A stretch of 64,000 nt of DNA from Lama glama. Taxonomy: Eukaryota. A program made the translations under genes and the position numbers. Shown here piece after piece: positions 38,141 to 51,989 of the stretch. Every line of letters begins with the position of its first letter. Position 1 is the first letter of the stretch. The notes below the pieces were generated by a model that saw nothing but the letters and a program-made list of their open reading frames with translations, did not search any database and was not told the origin of the DNA. The stretch lies in the NCBI GenBank assembly GCA_028534125.1, contig CM052829.1, positions 23,746,001 to 23,810,000 on the forward strand, read 5' to 3'.

Positions 38141-38644
38141 TAGCTCTTACCTTCTCAAGGAGGGAAGGGGAAATTAAAGCAACAAAGGTCACACTGTACA
38201 ACAGCAGAAATGGGCTTGTTCTAGCAGGTCCCCTCTGGGGTAACGGCTACACCAGTAAAACCACACTTGATTATCTAAGGACCCTATGGCTCAGCCCGGC
38301 CCAGCCTGGGACTACTCAGATCTGCTGAAACCTGCTCTTCATGTAACCTGATTGCTAAAATTCTCCTTTTCCCTTTCCCTCTAAGTTAGTTTCACTTCAC
38401 ATGCATCAAAACACAGCTAATCCAGAAAGATGAGACCTGTGTTCTTTTCCATATCTGACTGTTTCCACCTATAATTTCAAAATCTTTGTAATCTTGTCTA
38501 AGTCCTACTTCATATCCTAAATCCAGGTTACCTGATACCCTAAAATGTATCCTGCTTGTTCTTTCAGATAAAAATTACTGATGGAATTAGAATTGGGTGG
38601 GCTTCACTATGTTTCTACACTACGGTTACTTGTTAAAATTTAAA

Positions 38645-38868
38645 TCTGGGCATGCAATGTACAGCATAGTGACAGTAGTTAACGATATGGTATTGTGTAT
38701 TTGAAAGTTGATAAGAAAGTACAGTTTTCTTCATACACAAAAAAATCGCAACTGTGTGTGGTGATGGATGTTAACTAAACCTATTGGGGTAATCACTTCA
38801 CATACACACTTCTATCAAATTATTATGTTGTACACCTAAAACCAGTACAATGTTATATGTCAGTATCA
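38645..38868 (+). mobile_element. L1MA9/10-like 3'UTR fragment lacking a poly(A) tail
   Basis: AATGTACAGCATAGTGACAGTAGTTAA..GGTGATGGATGTTAACTA..ATGTTGTACACCTAAAAC..TACAATGTTATATGTCA. Confidence 0.85.
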
Positions 38869-40544
38869 GGTAAGCTTTGATACAACAGTATATTCCAGTG
38901 GAAATGATGATCTGAAGAAATCATGTACTGATATATACCAGAACGCTGCAAAATCGTTCTTCCCCTTGGAGAAAACAGAGGTGTCAACTGCCTTGTATCA
39001 TTTTGAATTTCACAAACTAGAGAAGGACAAGAAATGTTTGCACATGATGACAGAGCTGTGAAAATGCAGTTTTTAGACTCTTGCTACCAGATCAGCTTTT
39101 ACTGAAAGCATTTTCACAGCCTGCAGTCTTCATGTGCTTCTTCATGCTATCAGGCACAGAACCACTTTTCTACGAAAACAAAACACTTCCCAAGAAGTGT
39201 GCTCAGAAATTCTAAAGAACTTTAAGGGAGCACCCTAAATCCTCATGTTCTGATGGTTTCACAACTCTCACTGCTTCCAAGCTTCCCTGTCCCTAATTTG
39301 TTCTGGTGAGTTTTTGTTTGTTTTCACTCAGAGGGTTTTCTCAACTGGGCTCTATAGCTCATGTCAGCAGAGAGTCAAAAATATCCTTACCGGGCGCCAA
39401 GAAAGCGGTAACCACACACATACAAAATAGAACCGCTCTACTGGCTTTTAACTCCGTAGACACGCAGGCAAATTACTCGTAGGCTAGTTTAAGAATTTAT
39501 GCAAGAATTCTCCTCGAGGTAGGGAAAAGTATTAGCTCAGTTATCTTGAGTCTTATCTATGTTAACAAAGAGAGGAAAGAATAAAACAGGACTTGGTGGG
39601 TTTTGCTTCTGGCTGCTCTGGGTCATTTGTGTGGAACATGTCTTGCGAAAGTAGCATTGGCAAAAATGTACCCACAAATATGTTTTGAGAAATAAGCTAT
39701 AGAGTATGTACACAATGTGACACATAATTACTATGTGGGGAAGTCAAACTCCTGCTGCGAATATTTTGCATTTATAATGTCAGTGATTGGCCTTGGGTCT
39801 CTCTGTCTCCCAAATACATTTATTCCAGTCTCCCCCACCCCCTTAACCCAGTCAGATTGATGAAAAATAAGCCACATAATTCATTCTTTTGCTTATTTAA
39901 CTATTATCAAGCCGTTACACTTGTGGATGCTGCCTAGTGCTATGTCCACTAAGAATAAGACCCTGCATAAAGGTGCTTTGACGCCTTACAAACCTGAGGA
40001 AAGGAGCCAGGCAGAGCATGGTGCACACAGGAAAGGAGGCCCAGAAGAGCACAGGGGGCTCCTTCTTAGCCACAAATTAGGAAAACTGCATGTGGACCGT
40101 AGCTGTCATTTCACTGTGTTTGCATTTCTGTTGTTTGCTTTTTATTTCTCCTCAGTAATTAACATTTTTAAAATGTTAAAAATAAAGTAAAAGAGAGCCA
40201 CTGACTTGCTTTCTGGACTGAGTTCTGCTCTGCAGCCAGATGTGAAGACAAGCTAGTAAAAGGATGGTTTCTATCGAGGGAGCGCTGAGAAGAGGCCTGG
40301 AGAACTGAAGAGTGGAGCTTCTGAGGAGCCGACCTGGACCACACAATGTCCCATAGGCATATTGGCGGGAAGGCCTGTTCATGTATCTGACAGTTGAGCT
40401 TTACTTTTGAATATCTGAAATGACCTTTTATAAGGATTTTTTTCCTTTTTGAGCTAGATGTCTTAGAGAATGTGTATTTGACTTTTGAATTGGTTGTTGA
40501 GAAATGGAATATTTAAAAGACAACCTCTCTATCAGATTGAGGTT

Positions 40545-40670
40545 AGTCAGCACATCCTTCGTGTCCCAGGCACTGTCAGGTACAGAGGGCCCAGAACTGA
40601 ACAGGGCATGGTTCCTGCCCTCAGTGAGCTGATATTCAGGATGAGAGACAGGTGAGCATCTGACACCTAT
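40545..40670 (-). mobile_element. L2 terminal fragment
   Basis: GTGTCCCAGGCACTGT..CATGGTTCCTGCCCTCAGTGAGCTGATATTC. Confidence 0.65.
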
Positions 40671-41264
40671 AAATGGCTGGTGTTATCTATGACTTAACTC
40701 TGATTTATTCATTTTTCTGCTTGAGTAGTTCTCAAGTTCAAGCTTTGAAAACAAATTCCTTTATGTCATGAGACAGAAGGAGAATGTTCTCTTTAAAAGA
40801 TACACACATTGAAAATTTGTTCCATTTTGCGGATTTCTTGAATTATCATTTTTCTGAGAAATTTATGATCAATTTCTCAAATTTTCTTGGTATGGAGCAT
40901 GGTGGAGAAGGGTCATTCATTATGGAAGTTTTGTTTGCTAAAATATTGGGAAACTAAGATTGAAAAACTTTAGGGTGGCTTCCTATCTCACGGCTGCATC
41001 TTTTGAAGAGAGAAATAAGCTTGGACCTATTCATTTTCATTGGAAAAGAACAATTTGACATAGCAGAGAGAAAATGACAATCCAGGTGACTTGAAAAAAA
41101 AGTAGGACCAAGGAAAAGAGAAAGAGGGAACATAATATAACACATTTTTTATGAATACAAATTGATTCTCCAGTCATTCATGAGAAAGAATATTCCTAGA
41201 TATGGTAATAGAACTCGTGTTTTTGGTTATTTTTCTTATATTTTGTTCTTATGCTATGTAGTCT

Positions 41265-41362
41265 ACTGCTAAAATGTTAGCATTTGGGGAAGCTGCGTTA
41301 AGGATGTCTCAGACTGCTTTCAATAATTTTTACAACATTTTTATAAACCTAAAATTACACTG
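41265..41362 (+). mobile_element. L1MC/MD-like 3' end
   Basis: ATGTTAGCATTTGGGGAAGCTG..TTTTTACAACATTTTTATAAACCTAAAATT..AAATAAAA followed by an A-tract. Confidence 0.65.
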
Positions 41363-41718
41363 AAATAAAATCTTAAAAAAATATGGACAAGTAATAAGTA
41401 CAAATAGAAACTAATGGAGCCAAGATTTGAACCTAAATAGATCTGACCACAAAACTCTGCATTTTGGCCACCATATTATTCTATTTCCCTTTCTTTATAC
41501 TAGGTGACTCTATTCCTACTTGCTCTTTAGGAACTGTGCTTTTTTGTTTTTTGTTCTTGTTTTTATTTTACTTTTAACCCTAGGTTAGAGGGACCTAACT
41601 TCTAAATTATGACCTCCAGTTATTTCCATGACTGGACTGCCTTTCTGGGGATCTCCTGCCATCACTACTGAAGATGATTTACTAATCTTCTCAGAACAAT
41701 TCCCTTCAGTCTTGGATA

Positions 41719-42252
41719 TGGTATTAACGATCTTTTATGGTGTAACAAATGTTCCATAAATATAGTGACTTAAAACAATGGTAAACATTATTTCTGTTGG
41801 TCAGGAATTCGGGAATGGCATGGTTAGGTGGTTCTGGCTCAGGGTGTCTCATGAAGTTGCAGTCAAGATATTGATCAGAGCTTAGTTATCTGGAACAGGA
41901 GGATCTACTGTCAAGATGGCTGACTTACAGGACTGGCAAGTTGGTGCTGGCTGTTGGCAGGATTCAGTTGCTCTCCACGGGGCCTCTCCCAATGCCGCTT
42001 AAGTGTTTGCAAGACATGGAGGCTAGAATCTCCCAGATAAACTGATCCATAAGAAAGAAAGTTAGGAGGAAATTCTCCATTTTAAGATCCAGTCTTAGAA
42101 GTCACATAATCATTTCTGCCATACTTTTTTTGTTGTTGTTAGAAGCAAGTCACTAACTTGGGTCCACAGTCAAATGGAGGGGAAATTATAACCCACCTTA
42201 TGAAGGGGTGTGGAATGTCAAGAACTTGCAACATATTTTAAAATTACCCTAT
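41719..42252 (-). mobile_element. ERVL-MaLR solo LTR (MLT1F-like)
   Basis: GTGTAACAAAT..AGTGACTTAAAACAA..GGTCAGGAATTCGGGA..GGCAAGTTGGTGCTGGCTGTTGGCAG..AGAAGTCACA..CATATTTTAAAATTACC. Confidence 0.85.
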
Positions 42253-45200
42253 GTGGGTTGGGGCCAATGATGAATATCCTACCTATACTTCATACCATGG
42301 GAAGGTCTGGCTATGGATTAATATTTCTAATTACTGTTCCTTGAAATAATCTGTCTCAGGATTTCTTTCCATTTTCACACCTAGGACTTTGCCAAATCCT
42401 CTGAATAGGACTCTTTATTTAAATGACTAATAACCCAAGCAATGCCCACTTAGGACAAGTGGGCATTTATTGGTTCGGGCAACCCAAGGAAGTGTTAAAC
42501 TAACCAAATTCCAGGATAGGCAGTGATCCAGATAAATAAGTGGAACCAGGAGTTTGAACACTGACAGAACTATCCCTCCATGTCCTGCTGTTGCTCTTCC
42601 TGGAGTGTCAATCTCGATCTTTCTCACTTTAGAGCAGTTTCCCATCCATGGCAGGAACTATGGCTACTAACACCTTCTAAATTTTACATTCCACAGTTTC
42701 TGCCATGGGAGAAGGTCTTCCTCATCCCTTATTTGATTCCAAGTTCATTACACCAAAGAAGAGCTTGAGTGGCTCACCTTGGGGCCAAAGGAGGGGCAGA
42801 ATCCTGAACATGGCAGCTCCTGCAGTTACCACAAGGTGGCCATGGAGGAATGAATGGTCAGCTTTCAAAAATGGGTGCCCTGGAGGAGAGGGGTGGGACT
42901 TGTGGAGACAGTGATAGACAAACACAAGAGTCCTTTAAACGGTCTCTAGAAAAAGTACTGATATTGATAAATATTAATACTGAAAGTAGAAAGAGTATTT
43001 TATTTTCACACATGTTCTGCATATCCCATTTAAAATCAAAATAACGACAGGAAAAAAAATAGTGACAAACATTTATGTGGATTCCACACACTCTTTTGAT
43101 GAACCTCATTTGTATGGATACCCATAGTCACAGTTGGCATTAATGTTAATATATTTTAATTAGAACAGCATGGTCAGTGGATATGTTGTAAGTTTTAATT
43201 TGAACCCCCAAGCAAGCATGTAAGAACTGGTTCTAATCTTTTGTCAATTATAAAACACACTTCCTCCCTCTGGCTTTTTAGCAATGTAGAAGATACTTTG
43301 ACTGTATTTTCATCTATGAAAGGCAGACCACACTTCCCAGAAGGGCAATGAACAACTGGTAACACCCAACTTCCAAGAAGTGAAAACCATCAGACTTTTT
43401 ACAAGACAGCAATTCCACTATTAGTTGAGTATGTGGGAGTGGGGGTGAGGGGAAATACTTAGAGATGGAACATTAGCAAGTTGTACACACACCAATATAC
43501 TTGTTTTTGAATTTTAAATAGTCAAATATGATGAGTCAGTCTGAGAAAAAAGTCTGTGAATGCTAGCTGCATAAATAAAAGTTTTCAAAGAAACACACAC
43601 ACCACATACTTTACACTTTCTTTATAAAACATACATTTACTATGCACCTTGTTTATAAAATCATATTTACTTTAGACATTTGACTTTCAGGCAGGCACTT
43701 TCCTCAGCTCTTGTTATGGCCTGGTTCATAAATACTGCTCCTTTAAGATAGTTAATAATCATTCTTGAAAAAGGTTGTAGCTGTTTTTAAAAAATCTCCT
43801 TTTTGTCGAATCATCATAGCAATTAACCTTTCCCACTTCCGGCTCTCAAATGAACTTCCCAACATCTCCTCTTTCATTCTGACCTCTCTGCAGGTCCTCC
43901 AGTGATTTCATGTACATACAAGTGCTACTCTGGGTTCATTCTATTTCAGTATTTATTTCTGGTCAATGCTTCTAGTAAAACAATGGTTCTTCCTTAAACA
44001 TGTCTTCCCAGCAGACCTGCTAGTCTGACAGCCCACATGCCAGCTGCCTGCTTCTTGGCTCCCTCCTCAGAGCACCTCATATGGACAGAGCTTCATTCAG
44101 CATTTTCCATTCCATTCTGTGGTCCAGCTCCTGCCAACTCCCAGGGCACCTTATAAATGCTGATTGCTCTTCCCTCACCCCCACATGTTTACATTCCTAC
44201 CTTCACTTCAACTAAAATCTTAAATAATAAAGCTATTCATTGATATGTGAGCTTGAAATAATAGACTAGAAGGGGAAGAACATTAACACATAAGTCTGCT
44301 GAATGCCTCAAACACCTCGGAAAGTTGATTTGTAGCCATCAGAATATACAATGTTAATGTTTTAGTCCTTGGCATTAGAGGAGCAAGTCCACTTGAAGAA
44401 TGGAGTTAGGTGCTGTAGGTCTTGCTCTCCCATTTCTTTTGTCTTATCCTCAACAAAATTACCTCTTAGAAACTGAGATCATACAAGGCCTCTTTATTTA
44501 CTCACAGCTGAGACTGGTCTCTTCTCAATAGCACAGACAGCACTGGCAAATCTGTAGCAATTGTGCAGTGAGGACACTGCATTGAGAATGCTCTCCACCA
44601 GTCAGAAGAGAGAAGCTCATCTTCAAGACATGGGCCCTTTACTTCATGAAGGAAAAGCTTCAATGCAGCCTGGGACCACCCCACCCACATCAAATGGCAG
44701 CTCTCCTAACCAAGTTGTCTCTTGAGTATATTTTCAAGGACAAGACAGACAAGGCCCTGCCCATTATCTCAGCTCACATTCAGTTACATCTAGGGCTTCA
44801 GCTGCAGGGTTCCTCACTGACTGCCTGAAGTTGAGGGCTATAAAGGACTGCTTCACAAAACTGGCCCTGGCATGGTTGGTCAAACTCAAGGAGATACTTA
44901 AAGACTCTGAACAGTGTGAGACTGCTGACTGCCAGATTCCCTGATCCAGAACCTCATCTCTAGGTCTGCCTCAGAAATAGAGCCCTACATCCTGAACAGA
45001 GATTTAACATAAATGAAACGGCTCATTCAATCACTGAGTTATTAAAAATAAAGCAGTGAATGAATACCAAGTACTTTGCACTGTGCTCACAGATGAGTTC
45101 CAGGAGGGCTCACTCACTGTACTCAGGCCAGCCCGCCTGGGTGGAAGCAGCTCTTCTTGTCACTCTCTGAATTCTTCCACTGATTCTTTTAGATCAAAAG

Positions 45201-46059
45201 CTCATTGTGTTCTTCTTCTGGGGTCTTCTGCCCAGAAGTTTGCTAAAAGTCTCACTGGCAGCCCACCTTGATGCCAGCAAAATGGTCTTTAAAGGGAATT
45301 TGGGGAAAAAAACTCTACCTACCCAATAAGCCTAAACTATGCATCTATCCTTTTGAAAAATCTGGAAACTTTATAGACTTGGGATTGACAATATGGGAAC
45401 ATAAGCTTGTGCCCTTCTAAAAGCTAGCCCTTGGTGGAAAAGCCTTTCGGTGGCCCTATCAAATACAAGATTTTTAAACATTAGGATTTTTTTTCACACA
45501 CTGTTGCTTCAGTGAGATCATTCAAAGTCAGCCTCATCCATTTAACCTTCAGGTTTTAACAACCTACGCTAATACGCAAAGACTTCTCTTATTAAAGCCC
45601 CCAAATACTCATCAGAGAGATAGCTGAAAAGAAAACACTTTTAGTTATTGTCAACAAATCCATTTATGGAACTGTCCAAGACACTTAGATAAAATAAATT
45701 GAAGGAAAAAAATGTGTTTTCATGATCTCAAGAAGGTTAAAACGCTAGACTGAAAACACTCACAAGGACATACAGTGTTTGGTCCTCTCTCAAGAAGCCC
45801 TTAGGGTTTGAGTTAAGAGGTTAGACCAAGGTCAGGGAAATCTCCTAAAACTGTGAAGACTGAGAACAGCTTGTTGTTAATTCTAAGGCAAAGTCCCCAG
45901 AATGCTTCAGAAGATGGACCCAGGAACATATTAAGAAATCAACTAAACAGGCCTGGGGCTTTCACAGTTCATCTGTGATAGGCTCTATCAGCCAAGATGT
46001 TACTTCAGTGTAGTTTTGAAAAATATCAATAATGCAAATAATTAAAATTTATAGATGAC

Positions 46060-46200
46060 AGTCATGTGTAAGACACACTGTTCTAAGTGTTTCTCACATA
46101 TAAGTAATACGAGAATGAAGGTGGTGTGAGAGAGGCTCAGTGGAAAGGAGGCACAGGACAGAACCTGGAATATGGAGGACCTGGAACTTTTGGAAATAGT
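46060..46200 (-). mobile_element. MIR fragment
   Basis: ACACTGTTCTAAGTGTTTCTCACATAT..GAGGCTCAG. Confidence 0.5.
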
Positions 46201-46584
46201 CAGATATGAAAAGAAGAAACTAAGCAAGCATGGAATTTTTGCTGTTGTTTTTGTTACCTGAGGCACGTTCAACTTAGTGTCACAACATGATCTTGACTTT
46301 TGTGATGGTTAAGAGGTGATCTACTCAATGGTGTGATACTAGCCATGGGACACCCAAGGCCCTGTCTAAGACTGTGTGTGTTAAGTCACTAAGAACAGGT
46401 CTGGATCTTTCTGTTAGATGATTCCTGATAGTGATAAAGTCTATAGACCTGGTGGACGGGACCAAGCAATATTGTTTTACACTGGCTCACTAATTCTCCT
46501 GACGATGGAGGAATCTATACACAAACAAGTGCAGGAAAAAGACATAATTGGAAGGGCAATTGCGTTGCAGGTGATACTAGAGTG

Positions 46585-46778
46585 TCTGTTTTCCTCAATG
46601 GCTTTGTAATTTACACATGCATAAGAACCATGAGGAGGGGAATGCTTATGTGAATTGCATATTTCTAGGTCCCTCTTCCAGAGAATCTGAATCTATTGTC
46701 AGTGGGTGGGAAGTGGGGACTAGAAACATTTTGAACAAACACACATGTGGCTTTGATGCACACTTTTAGAAATACTTT
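46585..46778. mobile_element. MER5-like hAT-Charlie MITE
   Basis: TGCATAAGAACCA..TGCATATTTCTAGGTCCC..CCAGAGAATCTGAATC..CATTTTGAACAA..TGATGCACAC..TTAGAAATACT. Confidence 0.65.
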
Positions 46779-49534
46779 GAAAGTCTCAGAAAAAAGGACA
46801 ATAGAGAAAGTCAACACAAAGTCGAAAAGGAAGACAAAGGACAGGAGAAACACAGGATTCAAAGTCATTAGGGAGCCTAAATAGGAATTATGTTACAAAC
46901 TCACACAACCAGTTGTGAATTATAATGAGCAATTATGTCTTCTTAGTTATTGTTTATTCTGTGCTTATTTCCACTAAAATGTCTAGAAAGAAAAAGGTAA
47001 TATATATCTTTGGTAGAATAAAACTTACTATCTGTGTTGAAAGCAGGTATCCGGGGCAAGGAGGAGGAGTGATGGAAAACACATCACCTGTTGCCCAGTA
47101 TGAATGCCACATGCCTTAGGACTCCAGAGCCTGCTTCAATTGCTTACTTATAAGTCTGCATTCCTGAATGATTTCCCAGCTGCCAGGGGCCTGGGGTTCA
47201 TCTCAGGTGTGTGAATCTGACTGGTTCAAGCCCGGGAGGGTAAGAAACACGAGGAAATGCGTCACTACCGATAAAACTTGATATTTGAGGAGAAGGAAGG
47301 TAATAAGGAATTAACTTTAAGGAATGTAAATGAGAGAATTTCTGTTTTAAAGTCTTTATCACTGGAAATACTAGATCCAATAATTACATTTAGTACTCTG
47401 TAAACTAAGATAAATTATTAGCAGTTTTTAAAAACTCATGTAGTGATAAAAATCATGGGCATAATTATTTAATCGCAATGAACTTTCTCTTTAAGTTATC
47501 TGTATCTTTTCAAGCACTGAATCAAATGTGCAAAGAGACTCAGTACACAGAGGAGCACCTAAAAATGGACACAAATGACTGGTTAACATGAAAAAAGGTA
47601 GAGCATAGTATGTTCAATACATTTTAACTAGGCAAAATATATTTGTGCCTTATGTTTTAAAAAAGTTTTTAAAATTAATATTCTCAGTATCAATTCTGTC
47701 ACATGTTCTGTGACGAAAGCTGCGGCTATATAGTATTTCTTTCAGTAGAGTCTTCTTTCGTTATTTCAGCAAGACTCACTAATGAAATAAATTTCTGTAA
47801 GAAGTGTAACCAACCATACTTGATTGAACTGAAGGACAAACTGTATGAAAATATCTCAGAGTGAAAAAAAAAAAAAGACGTCAGCAAACTGTTGCCTTTT
47901 TAAGCATCATTTCCCCCTGTAATTCAAAATTCCTTTTCTGCTTTCTGAGCCCTGTGCTACTGAGCTGCCAGCAAGAGCCATAATCATGGGCAGCACAAGC
48001 CAGACACAGGGTCTGGGTGAGCACGTGGCCAGCATTGGCTGGTGGAGGGCTGGGCCTTGTCTTCCTGAAGGAGTGGCTTCTTCCGCAATTAGTAGAGATT
48101 TTATCTGAAAGCCAATTACTTGAGAAAAAGAAGAGGTGGTGAAGGGTCAGTCTCAAAGGGACAAGGAAACAGTAACCATTGCTGTCATCCCTTTTAATTT
48201 AAACAGTAAATGCTCCAAAAAGTAAGGAACAAAAAACCAAAAATTCACCAACAGAATGAACATGATGGGAAAGTTCAAGGTGCCCTGTATCTTAGTCAAA
48301 CTATTGTTTTAAAAAATGTTTTAAGTAAATAGAATAATAATGTAAATGCCTAGATTGAGAGTACTAGATACACAAAGTGATGGAACAGACAGAGTAAAGT
48401 TGTGTGGGAGTTAAATACACCAAAACTTGCCCACCACTGATTTGAAATAACCAAGCGGAAGGGTTGGGCATGGTTTTGGGGTACAGAGAATAGTACTCCA
48501 GGGTCCACTTACCCTCAACCTATTTGTAAAACCTACTATTAGTGGCAAGTGACAGGGGCAGGGGGTGGGCTGGAACAATGTGAAGATTTTTCCCTTAAGA
48601 GAACATTGGCAACTAATGTTATATAATTTCCTTTTACTGACCACAGAATAGCTGGTCATTATAGCTTTTAGGCACCATGCATCGTTGTTGTCGTGTAATA
48701 TCATACACAATAGACTTTACCACAGATACTGCAATGAAACTTTAAACGGTAAAATCCTAGGAAAATACTATGATTTGTAGAGCAATAGTTCAACAGGAAG
48801 GAAATGTGTGACTTTCTATGGGCATTTACGATAAGTGGGGAAGCAGAATGGTGATTAAAGGTATTTGAAATGTGCCTTCAAGTTAGGAAATTTCAAACTA
48901 AAGAATAAAAAAATAGTATACATTAACATTTTAAACTATTTCATGCAAAATTATTTATACTAGTAATTTTATTTTGTTCTTACAGTTCTGGTTATAAGTG
49001 GAATGATGTGCAGGTTTTCTTTCATATTTCCCATCTTTCTTTTCTCCCTAAATCCTCAAATATCTAGGCTGTATGAACAGCACCCTACTCCACTCAACAC
49101 ACACAGATGAGAAGTTCCCTTCTGCAAAGGGGTCTCAATAGCTAAACCACACTAAGGTGTAACCGACAACGACCTTCATATCATGCCTGTTTCAAAATAT
49201 TGGCAATTTAAGTTTTAGAAGGCTTCACTCAAAAGACCAAATTAAAAAATGCTATAATGCAAAGAAATTCCTGGATAGCTTCTCCTGATTCTCCAGACAC
49301 AATCCTTCTTGGTTTCTCCTTGCTGCCTCAATATGATCATTATAGCTAACATTTCTCATTTTTCCTTATTAAAATGCCAATATACTTGGGAAAGAACAGT
49401 TATGATGCCTTACTAGCCAACAATAAAAAAGCTGAATTTATATGATCTTTTCTTCTCTGAAAATTAATCGAGAAAGTGGGTTTGTTAGGAAACAAGATGT
49501 TGAGATCAGCTCCAAGAGGAAAAGGAGAGAAGTT

Positions 49535-49760
49535 CACTTACTGAGATCATTATATGCCAAACATAATGCTGTATCTACGTATCTACATGGTACAATGCTA
49601 CGTATACTATTTCATTAGTTTTCACCCAAGTGGCATGATACAGATAGTTTCTCCATTTTACAAATGAAGGAACTGAGATTCAGAGAGGTAAATCTAATAG
49701 CTGAAGTTCATGAGTGATAAACATTCACACCAAAAGATGTGTGAATTTAAAGGCCTTGCT
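49535..49760 (-). mobile_element. MIR SINE
   Basis: CACTTACTGAG..TATATGCCAAACA..CTCCATTTTACAAATGAAGGAACTGAGATTCAGAGAGGTAAA. Confidence 0.75.
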
Positions 49761-50719
49761 GTTTAAAGGAGCACAGAAATCAGAAGGCTGGAGGCCTACA
49801 AACCCCACTGAAGTCCAGCAAATTGGCCTTGCCACTCGCCCTCAACACTGGATCAGAAACAGATCTCCAATTTCCTGACTCCTGGCTGAGCGTTCCTTCC
49901 ATAAGACCACACAGAAGGCTCTTACGCAATAATCAGGATTAGGGCTTGGCTCTTTTGCCCAGCAGCCTAACCCAATCTCCATGAGTCAAGCCAGACCTTT
50001 TATACCAGTCTGGGGCAACCAGAGGTAAGAGTCAACCTGTGTAGTACCTCTTCTGGAAATGGTAGCAGAAGTGAGCAACAGAAATTTGGCTTCCTCTTCT
50101 AACACATTTGGGAAAAAAAAGTACCAATTAATCCTTCAAGACAATTGTCCTTGTATGTGATGTTGAGATCTAAGGTGTGTGATGCACTTGTGAGAGGCAC
50201 GGCATAGACAGGGTCCTCTTCAGTCATGGGATCACTGTCTTGAAAAGAGCCATAGCTGTTGAGGTTATAAACTCTTGCCAAAAGCAGAGGGAGGGAGAAT
50301 TAAATTAAAAACAAGTCATTGCGTTTGAGTTAGAATAATAGAAAAGGTCCAGGAAAACATCCACTTTTTATTTATTGGGATTAAAAATCTTCTTCAAAAT
50401 GCACTCATAAATCAGCTTCTTCAACCGACCCAGTGTTACCCAACCATCTAATCAAGTTTGATTTTTATGAAGTACAAATGCAGGGTAAAAAAGTGGTTTT
50501 CATCTCCAACTGAACAATTTTCATAATTGTCTGTGAAACCAACAGTCTATTCTAGTTCAGGTGATTGTGAGATCCTAGCTGACTATAATTTAACTTCACA
50601 TTCCTAAGAATTCTATATAAATTTCCAGTACAATAAGTAAACTGTACTTCTTTCATCCTTCTGACTCCATGGAAGCTGAGAGACAAGTATGCTACCTTTG
50701 CCATGTTTTCTGCTGAAGT

Positions 50720-51430
50720 CTTAGACTGCTCTTATCAATTTGTACAAGCTCATTGTATTTTACATCTACCAATGATTGGATGTTATATTTGTGTGGGTGT
50801 TCTTTCAATTAGTTATTTTAACATTGGTGATTTTAATTTAATCAATATATTGATGTTTTGTGATTTCTCCAATAATTTCTAAGCTAAGAAAGTTATTCCT
50901 ATCCAGAGATAAGTTAAATATTTATCTACAGAATTTTATAGATAAATCTATAGATTATCTTTTGTGATTTTGTGTAATTTTTTAGCATTTCATTTTTAAA
51001 TCTTTTTGGAATTAATTTTGCACTTGGAGTAAAGTGATGATATAAAGTGATTTTTAGACAATTAAGCAGATTTTATTGAAGCTGTCTATTGAATAAATTG
51101 ACTCAACTTCCATAATGATTTGTGATTTTTATCATATCATATCACTATATTAAGATCTGTTTCTAGGATACATATATTTTTTTCCTTGATTTGTCTGAAT
51201 CCTTTTGTATGCCAATACAAAAATATGAAACATTTTACATATGAAAAATCAAGTTGACCTATATTACTTATCCCCCAAAGTTTTAAAGATATATATATAT
51301 GCAAAAATATTCATGTATATGTATATATATTCTCATATATATTCACTTATATATTCTCATATGGGGTTTGATTTTTCTTTTCTTTACAAAAATAAAATTT
51401 TTTTTGCACTGATTTTTCATGCAACAGTAT
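50720..51430 (-). mobile_element. Decayed old L1 fragment
   Basis: T-rich with reverse-L1 motifs (AAGAAAGTTATTCCTATCC, TTTGGAATTAATTTTG, TATTGAATAA, TCTGTTTCTAGGA). Confidence 0.55.
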
Positions 51431-51529
51431 CTAAAAACAAACAATATATTCAATACAATACTAACAATACACAATAACTTAACATCTATTGAGAGTTTGC
51501 ATATGCCAGAAATGATTTGCTTTGTATAC

Positions 51530-51970
51530 TGTAACGGTTATGTAATTTTATGTGTCAGCTTGGCTGGGCCACAGTGTCNNNNNNNNNNNNNNNNNNNNNN
51601 NNNNNNNNNNNNNNNNNNNNNNNNNNNNNNNNNNNNNNNNNNNNNNNNNNNNNNNNNNNNNNNNNNNNNNNNNNNNNNNNNNNNNNNNNNNNNNNNNNNN
51701 NNNNNNNNNNNNNNNNNNNNNTCACAGTAAAAAACTGACCTTCCCTGAGCAAGAAGGAATTCAGTCAGCAGATGGCCTTTGGATTTATATTGCAACACTG
51801 GTTCTTCCTAGGGTCTCCAGCCTGACGGTGTTTGGATTTGGTCTGTGGCACTGATTTTTTTCCCTGGACCTCCAGCCAAATGGTCCACTCTGCAGATTTT
51901 GGACTTGCCAGCTATAGTCAAATGAGTCAATTCCTTAAAAAATATACTCCTCTCTCTCTTTCTGTCTGTC
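51530..51970 (+). mobile_element. ERVL solo LTR (MLT2B-like), partly N-masked (51579-51721), inserted into a MIR
   Basis: AATTTTATGTGTCAGCTTGGCTGGGCCACAGTG..AAAACTGACCTTCCCTGAGCAAGAAGGAATTC..CTGCAGATTTTGGACTTGCCAGC..TGAGTCAATTCCTTAAAA. Confidence 0.85.
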
Positions 51971-51989
51971 TGGGGAATTGTGATGAATA

